NCBI GenBank assembly: GCA_964409615.1 | Contig: CAYPDT010000001.1 | Span: 653,102-698,658 of the forward strand | Direction: 5' to 3' | DNA length: 45,557 nt | Source: an uncultured Candidatus Saccharibacteria bacterium | GTDB taxonomy: Bacteria > Patescibacteriota > Saccharimonadia > Saccharimonadales > AWTP1-31 | Part shown: positions 33,349 to 42,639 of the stretch, piece after piece | Layout: every line of letters starts with the position of its first letter | Position numbering within the stretch: position 1 is the first letter of the stretch | Position numbers and translations under genes: made by a program | Notes under the pieces: generated by a model | The model's database searches: none | What the model was told of the DNA's origin: nothing | What the model saw: the letters and a program-made list of their open reading frames with translations, nothing else

Positions 33349-34111
33349 CACGTTTATGTTAAAAACATATAAAACTGTGTATAACTTTCTAGATTATATT
33401 AATGCGAAGATGCTCATAATGGCTGCCGGACGGGCCGCTGGGAGCAATGAAAGACCATTTGAGGCAGGTAATAGAGCATAGTCCTAACGCGTGGTGAGAA
33501 TAAGCTAAGAGATGACCACTAGCTAGTCTATGTGTACACCCTTCAAGCAAAAATAATCAAACAACTACAGTCCCTGAGCAATCTTAGAATGGTATCAACC
33601 AGTTACCATGGTTATTAACAATTCACCATGTATCAGGTTATATTCAGGCTCGGCCGCTTGGCGGTTGGGGTGGCTTGTTTGGTTTACTTTCAGTTAATAT
33701 CGTTGGCCACAGTACAGCAGGCTCAAAATAGTACGAGAAAGATCATATATATAAATTGTGCAATATGTATAGTCCATAGTAATCACACTCCCAAATTATT
33801 AATTTGGTTACCCAGATTTAGTATTGTAGTAATATAAAAAATGTTTAATAGTATGCGTTTATGTTTTGTATGAACTAGACATTATTTGTAGCGGATAAGA
33901 GCCCCCGACAAAACAAGATTCCATGAAATATTGCGCTGGGAAAGGATTTTTTATAACGGTTAATTTCTAGTGATTTTATGCACACAAGAGTCTATCTAGA
34001 CTATCGTAATGCAAGTTAATGTAGCTAATAAAGCAACAAAATATTATATTGATAATGTATCTGTAACCCTGTCTAATAGATGAGTGTTATTAAATAAACA
34101 ACATAAAAACG

Positions 34112-34140
34112 TTGACATAATAAAAAAAATTAGCTATTGT
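34112..34140 (+). promoter_or_regulatory. promoter TTGACA-17-TATTGT
   Basis: TTGACA at 34112-34117, a 17-nt spacer and TATTGT at 34135-34140. Confidence 0.6.
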
Positions 34141-34146
34141 TTGTGA

Positions 34147-34296
34147 GTAAGAAAAAAACAAAAACTTACAAAAAACTCTTCGTCGCTCCGAGCGCGGAAA
34201 CGCGTGACGAGCGGTCAGTCACAGCTGGGACGGTAAGCGCTCTAATAGTATATTTTTTAAGCAGCGCATTTACCGTCCGGCTCCATTTTTTAAGCA
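34147..34296 (+). ncRNA. structured leader or small RNA with a terminator-like hairpin, upstream of the 34345 operon
   Basis: Hairpins GTAAG..CTTAC, GCGCG-GAAA-CGCGT (34192-34205) and a long stem GGACGGTAAGCGCT...AGCGCatTTACCGTCC (34228-34278) followed by a T6 tract at 34286-34291. Two CGCUCC/GCUCC anti-SD-like elements are present. Confidence 0.45.
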
Positions 34297-34344
34297 TCTA
34301 GCTTAAAGTTTATAAACTATACAAAAAGTAATGGAGCGGGTTAT

Positions 34345-34710
34345 ATGACTAAACTCTCATTGAAGTATTTATTTGGAATGGCAGTTATTTTGCATGCATC
34401 GCTCTTGTTTTTTTTATCAATCACAAGCCCGCATAAGCTCCCCGTTCTATTATTGCTACTACCTTTAATTTGGATGTTTGCGTGCATAGTTACAGACGTA
34501 TTACTGGTTATGCGATTGATTCACCCCAATCGTGCACAAAACAAAAAACAGCTGCTATATGCCGTAATCATTGCTGCCGTGCCAGCGGGTATGTTGTTAC
34601 TGCGCTCAATTGATCAACTTACATTCAAGGACTTACTCCTCATCTCATTGCTCACTGTCGTAACATTGTTTTACTTCACGCGCTTCAGATTTTTAGAGAA
34701 AATTGAATGA
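34345..34710 (+). CDS. small polytopic membrane protein (121 aa), unknown function
   Basis: A GGAG SD 7 nt upstream and three or four hydrophobic helices. No family recognised. Confidence 0.55.
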   Translation: MTKLSLKYLFGMAVILHASLLFFLSITSPHKLPVLLLLLPLIWMFACIVTDVLLVMRLIHPNRAQNKKQLLYAVIIAAVPAGMLLLRSIDQLTFKDLLLISLLTVVTLFYFTRFRFLEKIE

Positions 34711-34727
34711 TTCAGGGCGTTGCTATC

Positions 34728-34736
34728 TGCTATAAT
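34728..34736 (+). promoter_or_regulatory. internal extended -10 promoter TGcTATAAT
   Basis: Lies between the stop at 34710 and the ATG at 34745, with 8 nt from the -10 to the ATG. Confidence 0.45.
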
Positions 34737-34744
34737 CTCTACAG

Positions 34745-35104
34745 ATGAATCCAGTAGACGATAACACTAGTCAGCAGGCTAATTTGCCTGCGCCCAACCC
34801 TGTTGATACGCCGCACGGTGTTTCGAATGGTGTAGAGGAAAGCCTGGCCAATATGCAGCCAGTTATCAATAACGACTTAATACAGCCGTCCGCACATTCG
34901 AATTCAGCCGCACCTTTAAGTCCTCATTCACCCTCAGTCGCGGATGATGTAGACCTTATTGAAAAAGAGTGGGTCTTAAAGGCAAAAGCAATTGTTTCCC
35001 AAACCAAAGATGACCCGAGCCAGCAGAGCAAAGATATGAATAAGTTTAAGGCTGACTATCTTAAGACTCGATACAGTAAAGATATAAAAGTTAGTGAAGC
35101 GTAA
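34745..35104 (+). CDS. hypothetical protein (119 aa): disordered N-terminal half and helical C-terminal half
   Basis: An ORF in the operon. The N-terminus is P/S/N-rich and the C-terminus reads DLIEKEWVLKAKAIVSQTKDDP...KADYLKTRYSKDIK. No family recognised. Confidence 0.5.
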   Translation: MNPVDDNTSQQANLPAPNPVDTPHGVSNGVEESLANMQPVINNDLIQPSAHSNSAAPLSPHSPSVADDVDLIEKEWVLKAKAIVSQTKDDPSQQSKDMNKFKADYLKTRYSKDIKVSEA

Positions 35105-35107
35105 GAG

Positions 35108-37969
35108 ATGCCGTTAACATTACTACTAGTTTTAGTATTCTTGGGGCTTGTTATTGCAACGAGTTTCATACTCTACTTCCATTATCGTAAGCTACTTCGT
35201 GAGCAAAAGAATTATGAACGTGGGCTTAAGATGGTACCACTACTCATTCACTTACCTCCAAGTAGTGAGGACATTGAAGTTGGAGGGCGAGATAGTAGGG
35301 ATGTAGCAGAAGAAAACATCTCAAAAGCACAGACACTATATGGAATCATCGCAAGTACCTTTAAAAAAGGCTTTAAAAATAACTTCTACGGTCAAAGGCA
35401 CTTTGCTTTTGAGATTATAGGTACGAAGGGCTTCGTTAAATTTTACGCAGTAGTACCTATAGTCATGGTTGATGTTGTTAAGCAGGCAGTTATAAGTGCG
35501 TATCCGACAGCTCAGCTAGAGGAAGTTGCAGAGCATAATATTTTCAGCCCCGTAGGTCGCTTAGCGGGCACTATCGGTGGAGAGTTGAGCCTGAAAGAAA
35601 ACTACGCATTTCCGATTGCTACTTATCAAGAATTGAAGCGCGATGCCATGCAGTCTTTATTGAATGCCATGTCGACTTTAGAGAAAGAGGATGGTGCTGG
35701 TATTCAGATTCTACTTCGCCCAGCAAATCCAGGTTGGCGCAAGAGCGCGCAGGCTGAGGCGGGTAAGAAGCGCAAAGGTACTAAGGATAAAAAAGGCTTA
35801 GAAAATTTGTTTTGGTGGTCAAAGCAACTCGCGGTTGCTGTGGCTAAGCCCCCTGAAGATAAGTCAGGTAAGAGCGGAGAAGAGAAGAAAGACATTTCAA
35901 ATCTTGACCAGTCAATCGTTGATGCAATTGAAGATAAGACACGCTATCCAGGGTACGAAGTATTAATTCGTGTTGTGGCTTCATCGAATATATCTCAGCG
36001 CGCACATGCTATCTTGAATAACATTGTTGCCGCTTTTGCACTGTACGATGCTCCCGGCAAGAACGGTTTCAAATACACCGTTTCAAAAGACATAGAAAGT
36101 TTTGTTACTGCCTTTATATTGCGATTCTTCCCGCAAGAAAGTAATCAAAGCATTCTAAATTCAGTGGAGCTTGCTACGTTATTTCATTTTCCTGATCAAA
36201 AAAACATCCCAACATCTCAGCTTGAGAGGCAGGCATCTAAGCAGGTTGATGCCCCTCGAAACATTCCTGATGACGGATTGCTGTTGGGCTACAACCTCTT
36301 CAGGGGAGCCAAAAAACCAATTCGACTTACACTTGCCGATCGTCAGCGCCACATGTACGTTGTGGGCCAGACGGGTACAGGTAAGTCTACCTTTCTAGAA
36401 AATCTAGCCTTACAAGACATGTTGGCGGGGAATGGTTTTGCTTTTGTTGACCCCCACGGTGATACCGTAGAAAAACTTCTGGCTATGGTGCCTAAAGAAC
36501 GGACCGAAGATGTTATTTACTTCAATCCGGGTGATCTCGAATTCCCAATGGGACTAAATCTATTTGAATTTGATACGCCTGAGCAAAAAGACTTTCTAGT
36601 TCAAGAAGCAATCAATATGCTTTACAAGCTCTATGACCCGCAACATCAAGGTATTATTGGTCCTCGTTACGAGCACTGGTTTAGACAGGCTGCGCTGACC
36701 CTTATGAGTGATCCAGCAGGCTCGACATTTATCGATATTCCAAAAGTATTTACCGATAATAACTACGCCAAACAGAAGCTTAAATATGTGACAGATCATA
36801 CGGTGCTTGATTTCTGGAATAAAGAAATGGCACAGACAAGTGACTACCATAAGAGTGAAGTACTTGGTTGGTTTGTTAGTAAGTTCAGCGCCTTTCTCTC
36901 AAATGAAATGATGCGTAATATTATCGGTCAAACCAAGAGCTCGTTTGATTTACGAGATATTATGGATAATAAGAAGATATTACTGGTCAACCTTAGTAAG
37001 GGTAGAACTGGAGAGATGAACTCTAAGTTGCTTGGTATGATTTTTGTTATGAAATTCCAAGCTGCAGCAATGAGCCGAACGAATATACCCGAGGCTGAGC
37101 GACAAGATTTCTGCTTATACGTAGACGAATTCCAGAACTTCTCAACTGATTCGTTCGCGACAATAATGTCAGAGGCACGTAAATATCGCCTCAATCTTAT
37201 TGTGGCCAACCAGTTCACGACTCAGCTTACCGAAGAAATTAGAGACGCGGTATTTGGTAACATGGGTACAATTGTATCCTTCCGTATTGGACAAAATGAT
37301 GTTGATGCAATGTCTCGTTACTTTCAACCTCTTTTTGATGGGGATGATTTACTGAGAGTGCCAAACTACAATGCGGTTGTGAGGACTCTAATTGGCGGTG
37401 TGCCAACGCAGCCGTTTAGTATGGCCGGGTTGCCACCCCTTGGTACGCCTAACGCTAATCTTGGTGCAGCGTTGAGGCAATTATCGTCTGCTAAGTATGG
37501 TCGACCAAAGGCCCAGGTAGATAGGGATATTGCCGAGCGACTGCAGACAATAGAACAGCCTAAGGCCGTACCCGGTGCAGGTGCGCCCAATGGTCCTCAG
37601 GCTGGTTTTGGTTCGTCTCCTCAGCGTCCAGCTGGGCCGGCGCCAGCAGGCACAGGCTCTTTCTTGGATGAGTGGTTAGCAAAGAAAAATCGGCCGGTTG
37701 CAGCCCCTAGGGCTTTTGGTCCTACCTCTAACCCTCAGGGCACACCATCGGCTCAAGCCCCAGTAGCCCCATACGGGCCTTCTCAGCAGCCAGTCCAGCC
37801 CCAAGCTCCTCTTAGTCAAAACCCAGCTTATCAGGCCGCTCAGGCCACCCAGATGCCTCAAAACACAGCATTGCCACAGCAGCCACTTGCCCCACAACAA
37901 GAGGCCAGTGTATCGCAACAGTTACCAGCTACGTCACAAGACGAACAGACCATTTTTATAAATAAGTAA
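35108..37969 (+). CDS. membrane-anchored P-loop ATPase, VirD4/TraD/TraG-like (type IV coupling protein-like), with a P/Q-rich disordered C-terminal tail
   Basis: An N-terminal TM (LLLVLVFLGLVIATSFILYF), Walker A VVGQTGTGKST followed by FVDPHGD, and Walker B CLYVDEFQNF followed by ARKYRLNLIVANQFTTQL, the pattern of TraD/TraG C-terminal ATPase domains. The last roughly 160 aa are low complexity. Confidence 0.75.
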   Translation: MPLTLLLVLVFLGLVIATSFILYFHYRKLLREQKNYERGLKMVPLLIHLPPSSEDIEVGGRDSRDVAEENISKAQTLYGIIASTFKKGFKNNFYGQRHFAFEIIGTKGFVKFYAVVPIVMVDVVKQAVISAYPTAQLEEVAEHNIFSPVGRLAGTIGGELSLKENYAFPIATYQELKRDAMQSLLNAMSTLEKEDGAGIQILLRPANPGWRKSAQAEAGKKRKGTKDKKGLENLFWWSKQLAVAVAKPPEDKSGKSGEEKKDISNLDQSIVDAIEDKTRYPGYEVLIRVVASSNISQRAHAILNNIVAAFALYDAPGKNGFKYTVSKDIESFVTAFILRFFPQESNQSILNSVELATLFHFPDQKNIPTSQLERQASKQVDAPRNIPDDGLLLGYNLFRGAKKPIRLTLADRQRHMYVVGQTGTGKSTFLENLALQDMLAGNGFAFVDPHGDTVEKLLAMVPKERTEDVIYFNPGDLEFPMGLNLFEFDTPEQKDFLVQEAINMLYKLYDPQHQGIIGPRYEHWFRQAALTLMSDPAGSTFIDIPKVFTDNNYAKQKLKYVTDHTVLDFWNKEMAQTSDYHKSEVLGWFVSKFSAFLSNEMMRNIIGQTKSSFDLRDIMDNKKILLVNLSKGRTGEMNSKLLGMIFVMKFQAAAMSRTNIPEAERQDFCLYVDEFQNFSTDSFATIMSEARKYRLNLIVANQFTTQLTEEIRDAVFGNMGTIVSFRIGQNDVDAMSRYFQPLFDGDDLLRVPNYNAVVRTLIGGVPTQPFSMAGLPPLGTPNANLGAALRQLSSAKYGRPKAQVDRDIAERLQTIEQPKAVPGAGAPNGPQAGFGSSPQRPAGPAPAGTGSFLDEWLAKKNRPVAAPRAFGPTSNPQGTPSAQAPVAPYGPSQQPVQPQAPLSQNPAYQAAQATQMPQNTALPQQPLAPQQEASVSQQLPATSQDEQTIFINK

Positions 37970-38024
37970 ATACAAAAGACCCAGACGAAAAGTCCTATAA
38001 AACACTGTTACATTAGATGTCGCA

Positions 38025-38582
38025 CTAACGTGCGCGTTGCACAGTACGGACAAGTATCTCAAAGAGGGTTGCGACTAAATAGCCCAATACGAATAGCATA
38101 AAGAACAAGAGGAGGTTGTATCGAAAGCCGTAGTGCTTGGCTGTATAGAAAGTCACGAGGCTACCTATAAACGCGAACAGGCCGCCACCAAGTAGGCCAA
38201 ATGGCCGTGCTATTGTTTTTTCACCAGCAGCACTGACAATCTCAACGGGCTTGGCATGTACAACTTTACTTAGCGTCCGTTGTGGAGCATTAAGCTCCTT
38301 CTGTACGCGTTTGAGTGTTCTGTCGCGCATCATCGCTTTTAGCTCTCTATTTACAGGTGCAGTATGTGCTGCGCTGCTGCGCTCGCTGTTGTGATCAAGC
38401 TTCATGTCGCCGGCACCACGAGCTTCTTTGCCAACTTCCTGACGAATTGATTTTATCTGCTCCTGTTTCTCATGGGCAGACGGTTGGTGTTCGACTTTAG
38501 GTAGCGCGGCACGCCGTTCTGGCCCCGCTTCGGCGTGTTTTCGTGGTGCCTCGGGTGATGGTTGTGATAAACGTTCCGACAT
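38025..38582 (-). CDS. membrane protein (185 aa): charged N-terminal region and two C-terminal TM helices
   Basis: The TAATG overlap with the upstream LPXTG protein gene implies translational coupling. No family recognised. Confidence 0.55.
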   Translation of the reverse strand: MSERLSQPSPEAPRKHAEAGPERRAALPKVEHQPSAHEKQEQIKSIRQEVGKEARGAGDMKLDHNSERSSAAHTAPVNRELKAMMRDRTLKRVQKELNAPQRTLSKVVHAKPVEIVSAAGEKTIARPFGLLGGGLFAFIGSLVTFYTAKHYGFRYNLLLFFMLFVLGYLVATLFEILVRTVQRAR

Positions 38583-40525
38583 TAGTAGCCTCCATTTGCA
38601 GTGGTATATTCTGTTTTAACTATTTCAAGTTCAGTTTCAAGTAGTTTGCTTCGGGCAAAGAAGTAGCCCGCTATAGTAACCGTTACAAAACCGATAAGCA
38701 GACTTGTGCCAGGGCCGGTATTAGGCAAGGTTGTAGTTTGTTCGATTGTCTTTACGGGTGTACCCGGCAGTTTAATGTCGACACTATTCCCGTACCAGTT
38801 GTGCATTACGAGGTCGCCAGAGCTTTTGTTGCTCGTATCAGGCCGTGGCGTACTAGGGATAGGGTCCTTGACAGTAACACGGAAGACTTTTGTAACTGAC
38901 TGGCCGCCTTTAATAGTTACTTTAGTATTCCAAGATAGTACCTTTGTCTCTTGATCGAATATGCCACCTTGTAGTGTGTTCATGTCTAGGTTGGAGTACT
39001 CTAGAACATCGCCTAAATCTTCGGGCTGTAAGATAATATCTTTAGCCTCAACATCGCTGATGTTTGTGGTTGTGAGTGTGTACTCAATGACATCACCTGC
39101 ATTTGCCGTAGTGTTATTCGCATCGGCAATTTTCTTAGTGATATTACTTGCGCTCTTTTTGATGCTGAGTGTTGGTGTTTTGTCTTCGGGTCGTACTACG
39201 GCTTTTGTGCGACAGGTGAGTGCTGGCTTATCTGGCACGCTTGACTTTACGGTGACAGAAACATCGTATGTCTTAGCCTCTTTGAATGTGTGTTCTACGG
39301 CATCATCAAGTTTGTCTGAAGTATTTGTCTTCTTGCTACCGTCACCGAAATCGTAACTGTAGCTTTGAATTACAGCGCCGTTAACAGTAGTAGACTTGGT
39401 TACAAAGTTAAACTTCTTATGTGAGTTATCACTGTCTACTGCTTGTGCAGTTAAAGAAGTACATACTGCATCTGGCACAGGGACCTCTCGGCAGGTTAGC
39501 CCGTCGTCACCAAGAATTTGACCGCTAGGGCAAGGCACGATAACAGTATTACAAACTTGCACCTCACTAGAATTGCGCGGAGCGTTGCCACCCTTGGGAA
39601 CGTCTTGCACATAGGCTCTATTGCAGACCGTAGTGCCAGAAGGTACTCGATCATTAACGCGCACTTTTAAGAATATGAACCCAGGCGTTCCAAAGGCGTC
39701 AGTATTCCCAAAAACGTAGAACGGAGGGGTATTATTATGCCATTTTAAGGTGTTACCGTTCTGCTCCATTGCCCAGTTGCCATGTGCGCTACTTACGAGG
39801 CTGACATTTTGTGGCAAGATATCGTTGACTGAAAAGAAGGCTGCATCGCCGCCCTTATTGGTGTATGCAAGGGTGTAGTCGATAATATCGCCAGATTTTA
39901 CATCTCCGGTTGGGCTATTTGTCTTAGCTACCTGCAGGTTTGAATCTGGAGCGGGTTGTTTCAGTTGAAAGTCATCTAATTTAATAAGATTTCCGCATTC
40001 GAACATTACCATTACAAGTTGACCGTCATTGGTCTGTGTTTTAAGTACCCGGGTAGAAAAGCTCCCCCAGCTCGAAAGTGGTCGCCAAAATAATGTACCG
40101 ACGCCCGGTATATCTTGGGTCGTTTCGCCGGTCTTATGAAACGCTTTGCGCCCAACAGATCGTAATCGATTACCATAATCAGTCGTTCGGATTGTTACAT
40201 CTTCAGCACTTGCAAGTTTGTCGCAGGTCAGGCCGTGGTAAAGGAGTATTGTGCCAAAACCACGAGTATTTTGCTGACAATAACTTACCGCTTCAGACTT
40301 AGACTTGAAGCCGCACTGGACGATATCATTACCCGAAGGATCACATGATAAACTTGCCTGCGCAGGAGAAAAAACAGCAAATAACTGCACGACCATAGCA
40401 AGTGCCAGTAGTGCAAACCCTGCACGGCGAATCCCGGCCTCCTTATGGAGTCGTTTTGCATAAAAAGATACTTGATCTATCAGACTCGGATTAAACGGAA
40501 GGTTGCTTAGTAATTTGTTGAACAT
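38582..40525 (-). CDS. LPXTG-type cell-surface protein with DUF11-like repeats and a PKD-like domain
   Basis: An N-terminal signal/anchor (AGFALLALAMVVQLFAVFSPAQA), DUF11-like segments (GDIIDYTLAYTNKGG and GDVIEYTLTTTNIS), a PKD-like segment (YSYDFGDGSKKT...HTFKEAKTYDVSVTV), and LPNTG (38714-38728) followed by a hydrophobic helix and ARSK. Confidence 0.75.
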   Translation of the reverse strand: MFNKLLSNLPFNPSLIDQVSFYAKRLHKEAGIRRAGFALLALAMVVQLFAVFSPAQASLSCDPSGNDIVQCGFKSKSEAVSYCQQNTRGFGTILLYHGLTCDKLASAEDVTIRTTDYGNRLRSVGRKAFHKTGETTQDIPGVGTLFWRPLSSWGSFSTRVLKTQTNDGQLVMVMFECGNLIKLDDFQLKQPAPDSNLQVAKTNSPTGDVKSGDIIDYTLAYTNKGGDAAFFSVNDILPQNVSLVSSAHGNWAMEQNGNTLKWHNNTPPFYVFGNTDAFGTPGFIFLKVRVNDRVPSGTTVCNRAYVQDVPKGGNAPRNSSEVQVCNTVIVPCPSGQILGDDGLTCREVPVPDAVCTSLTAQAVDSDNSHKKFNFVTKSTTVNGAVIQSYSYDFGDGSKKTNTSDKLDDAVEHTFKEAKTYDVSVTVKSSVPDKPALTCRTKAVVRPEDKTPTLSIKKSASNITKKIADANNTTANAGDVIEYTLTTTNISDVEAKDIILQPEDLGDVLEYSNLDMNTLQGGIFDQETKVLSWNTKVTIKGGQSVTKVFRVTVKDPIPSTPRPDTSNKSSGDLVMHNWYGNSVDIKLPGTPVKTIEQTTTLPNTGPGTSLLIGFVTVTIAGYFFARSKLLETELEIVKTEYTTANGGY

Positions 40526-40634
40526 TATTGTTTCTTTCGTTTATTATTCTTAAGCTTATTGAACCATAAAACCAGGTGTTCAAACAAGGGTTTTATATTG
40601 TCGAGGAGCCTCTTTTCATCTATACTGATAATAA

Positions 40635-42638
<2,004 letters not shown>

Positions 42639-42639
42639 G

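Noticed and set aside
33628-33837. 69-aa ORF in the long intergenic gap
   Set aside because: No SD, odd composition and no motif, and it spans AT-rich low-complexity sequence. Most likely non-coding.
33376-33984. Possible oriC: DnaA-box-like 9-mers TGTGTATAA (33376-33384) and TTATGCACA (33976-33984) in the AT-rich gap, plus TTATCCACT (reverse complement at 22150-22158) near nrdR
   Set aside because: There are only two one-mismatch boxes 600 bp apart, with no cluster, no dnaA or dnaN nearby and no gene-orientation switch at this point. In AT-rich DNA this is within chance expectation. Whole-genome GC skew would be needed.
34204-34242. Resemblance of GACGAG...CGGUCAG...GGGACGG...GCGC to the guanidine-III (ykkC-III) riboswitch
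   Set aside because: The order and spacing of the conserved blocks do not reproduce the ykkC-III pseudoknot, since the 5' strand of P1 is missing between ACGAG and CGGUCAG. The downstream 121-aa membrane protein also lacks SMR/SugE hallmarks.
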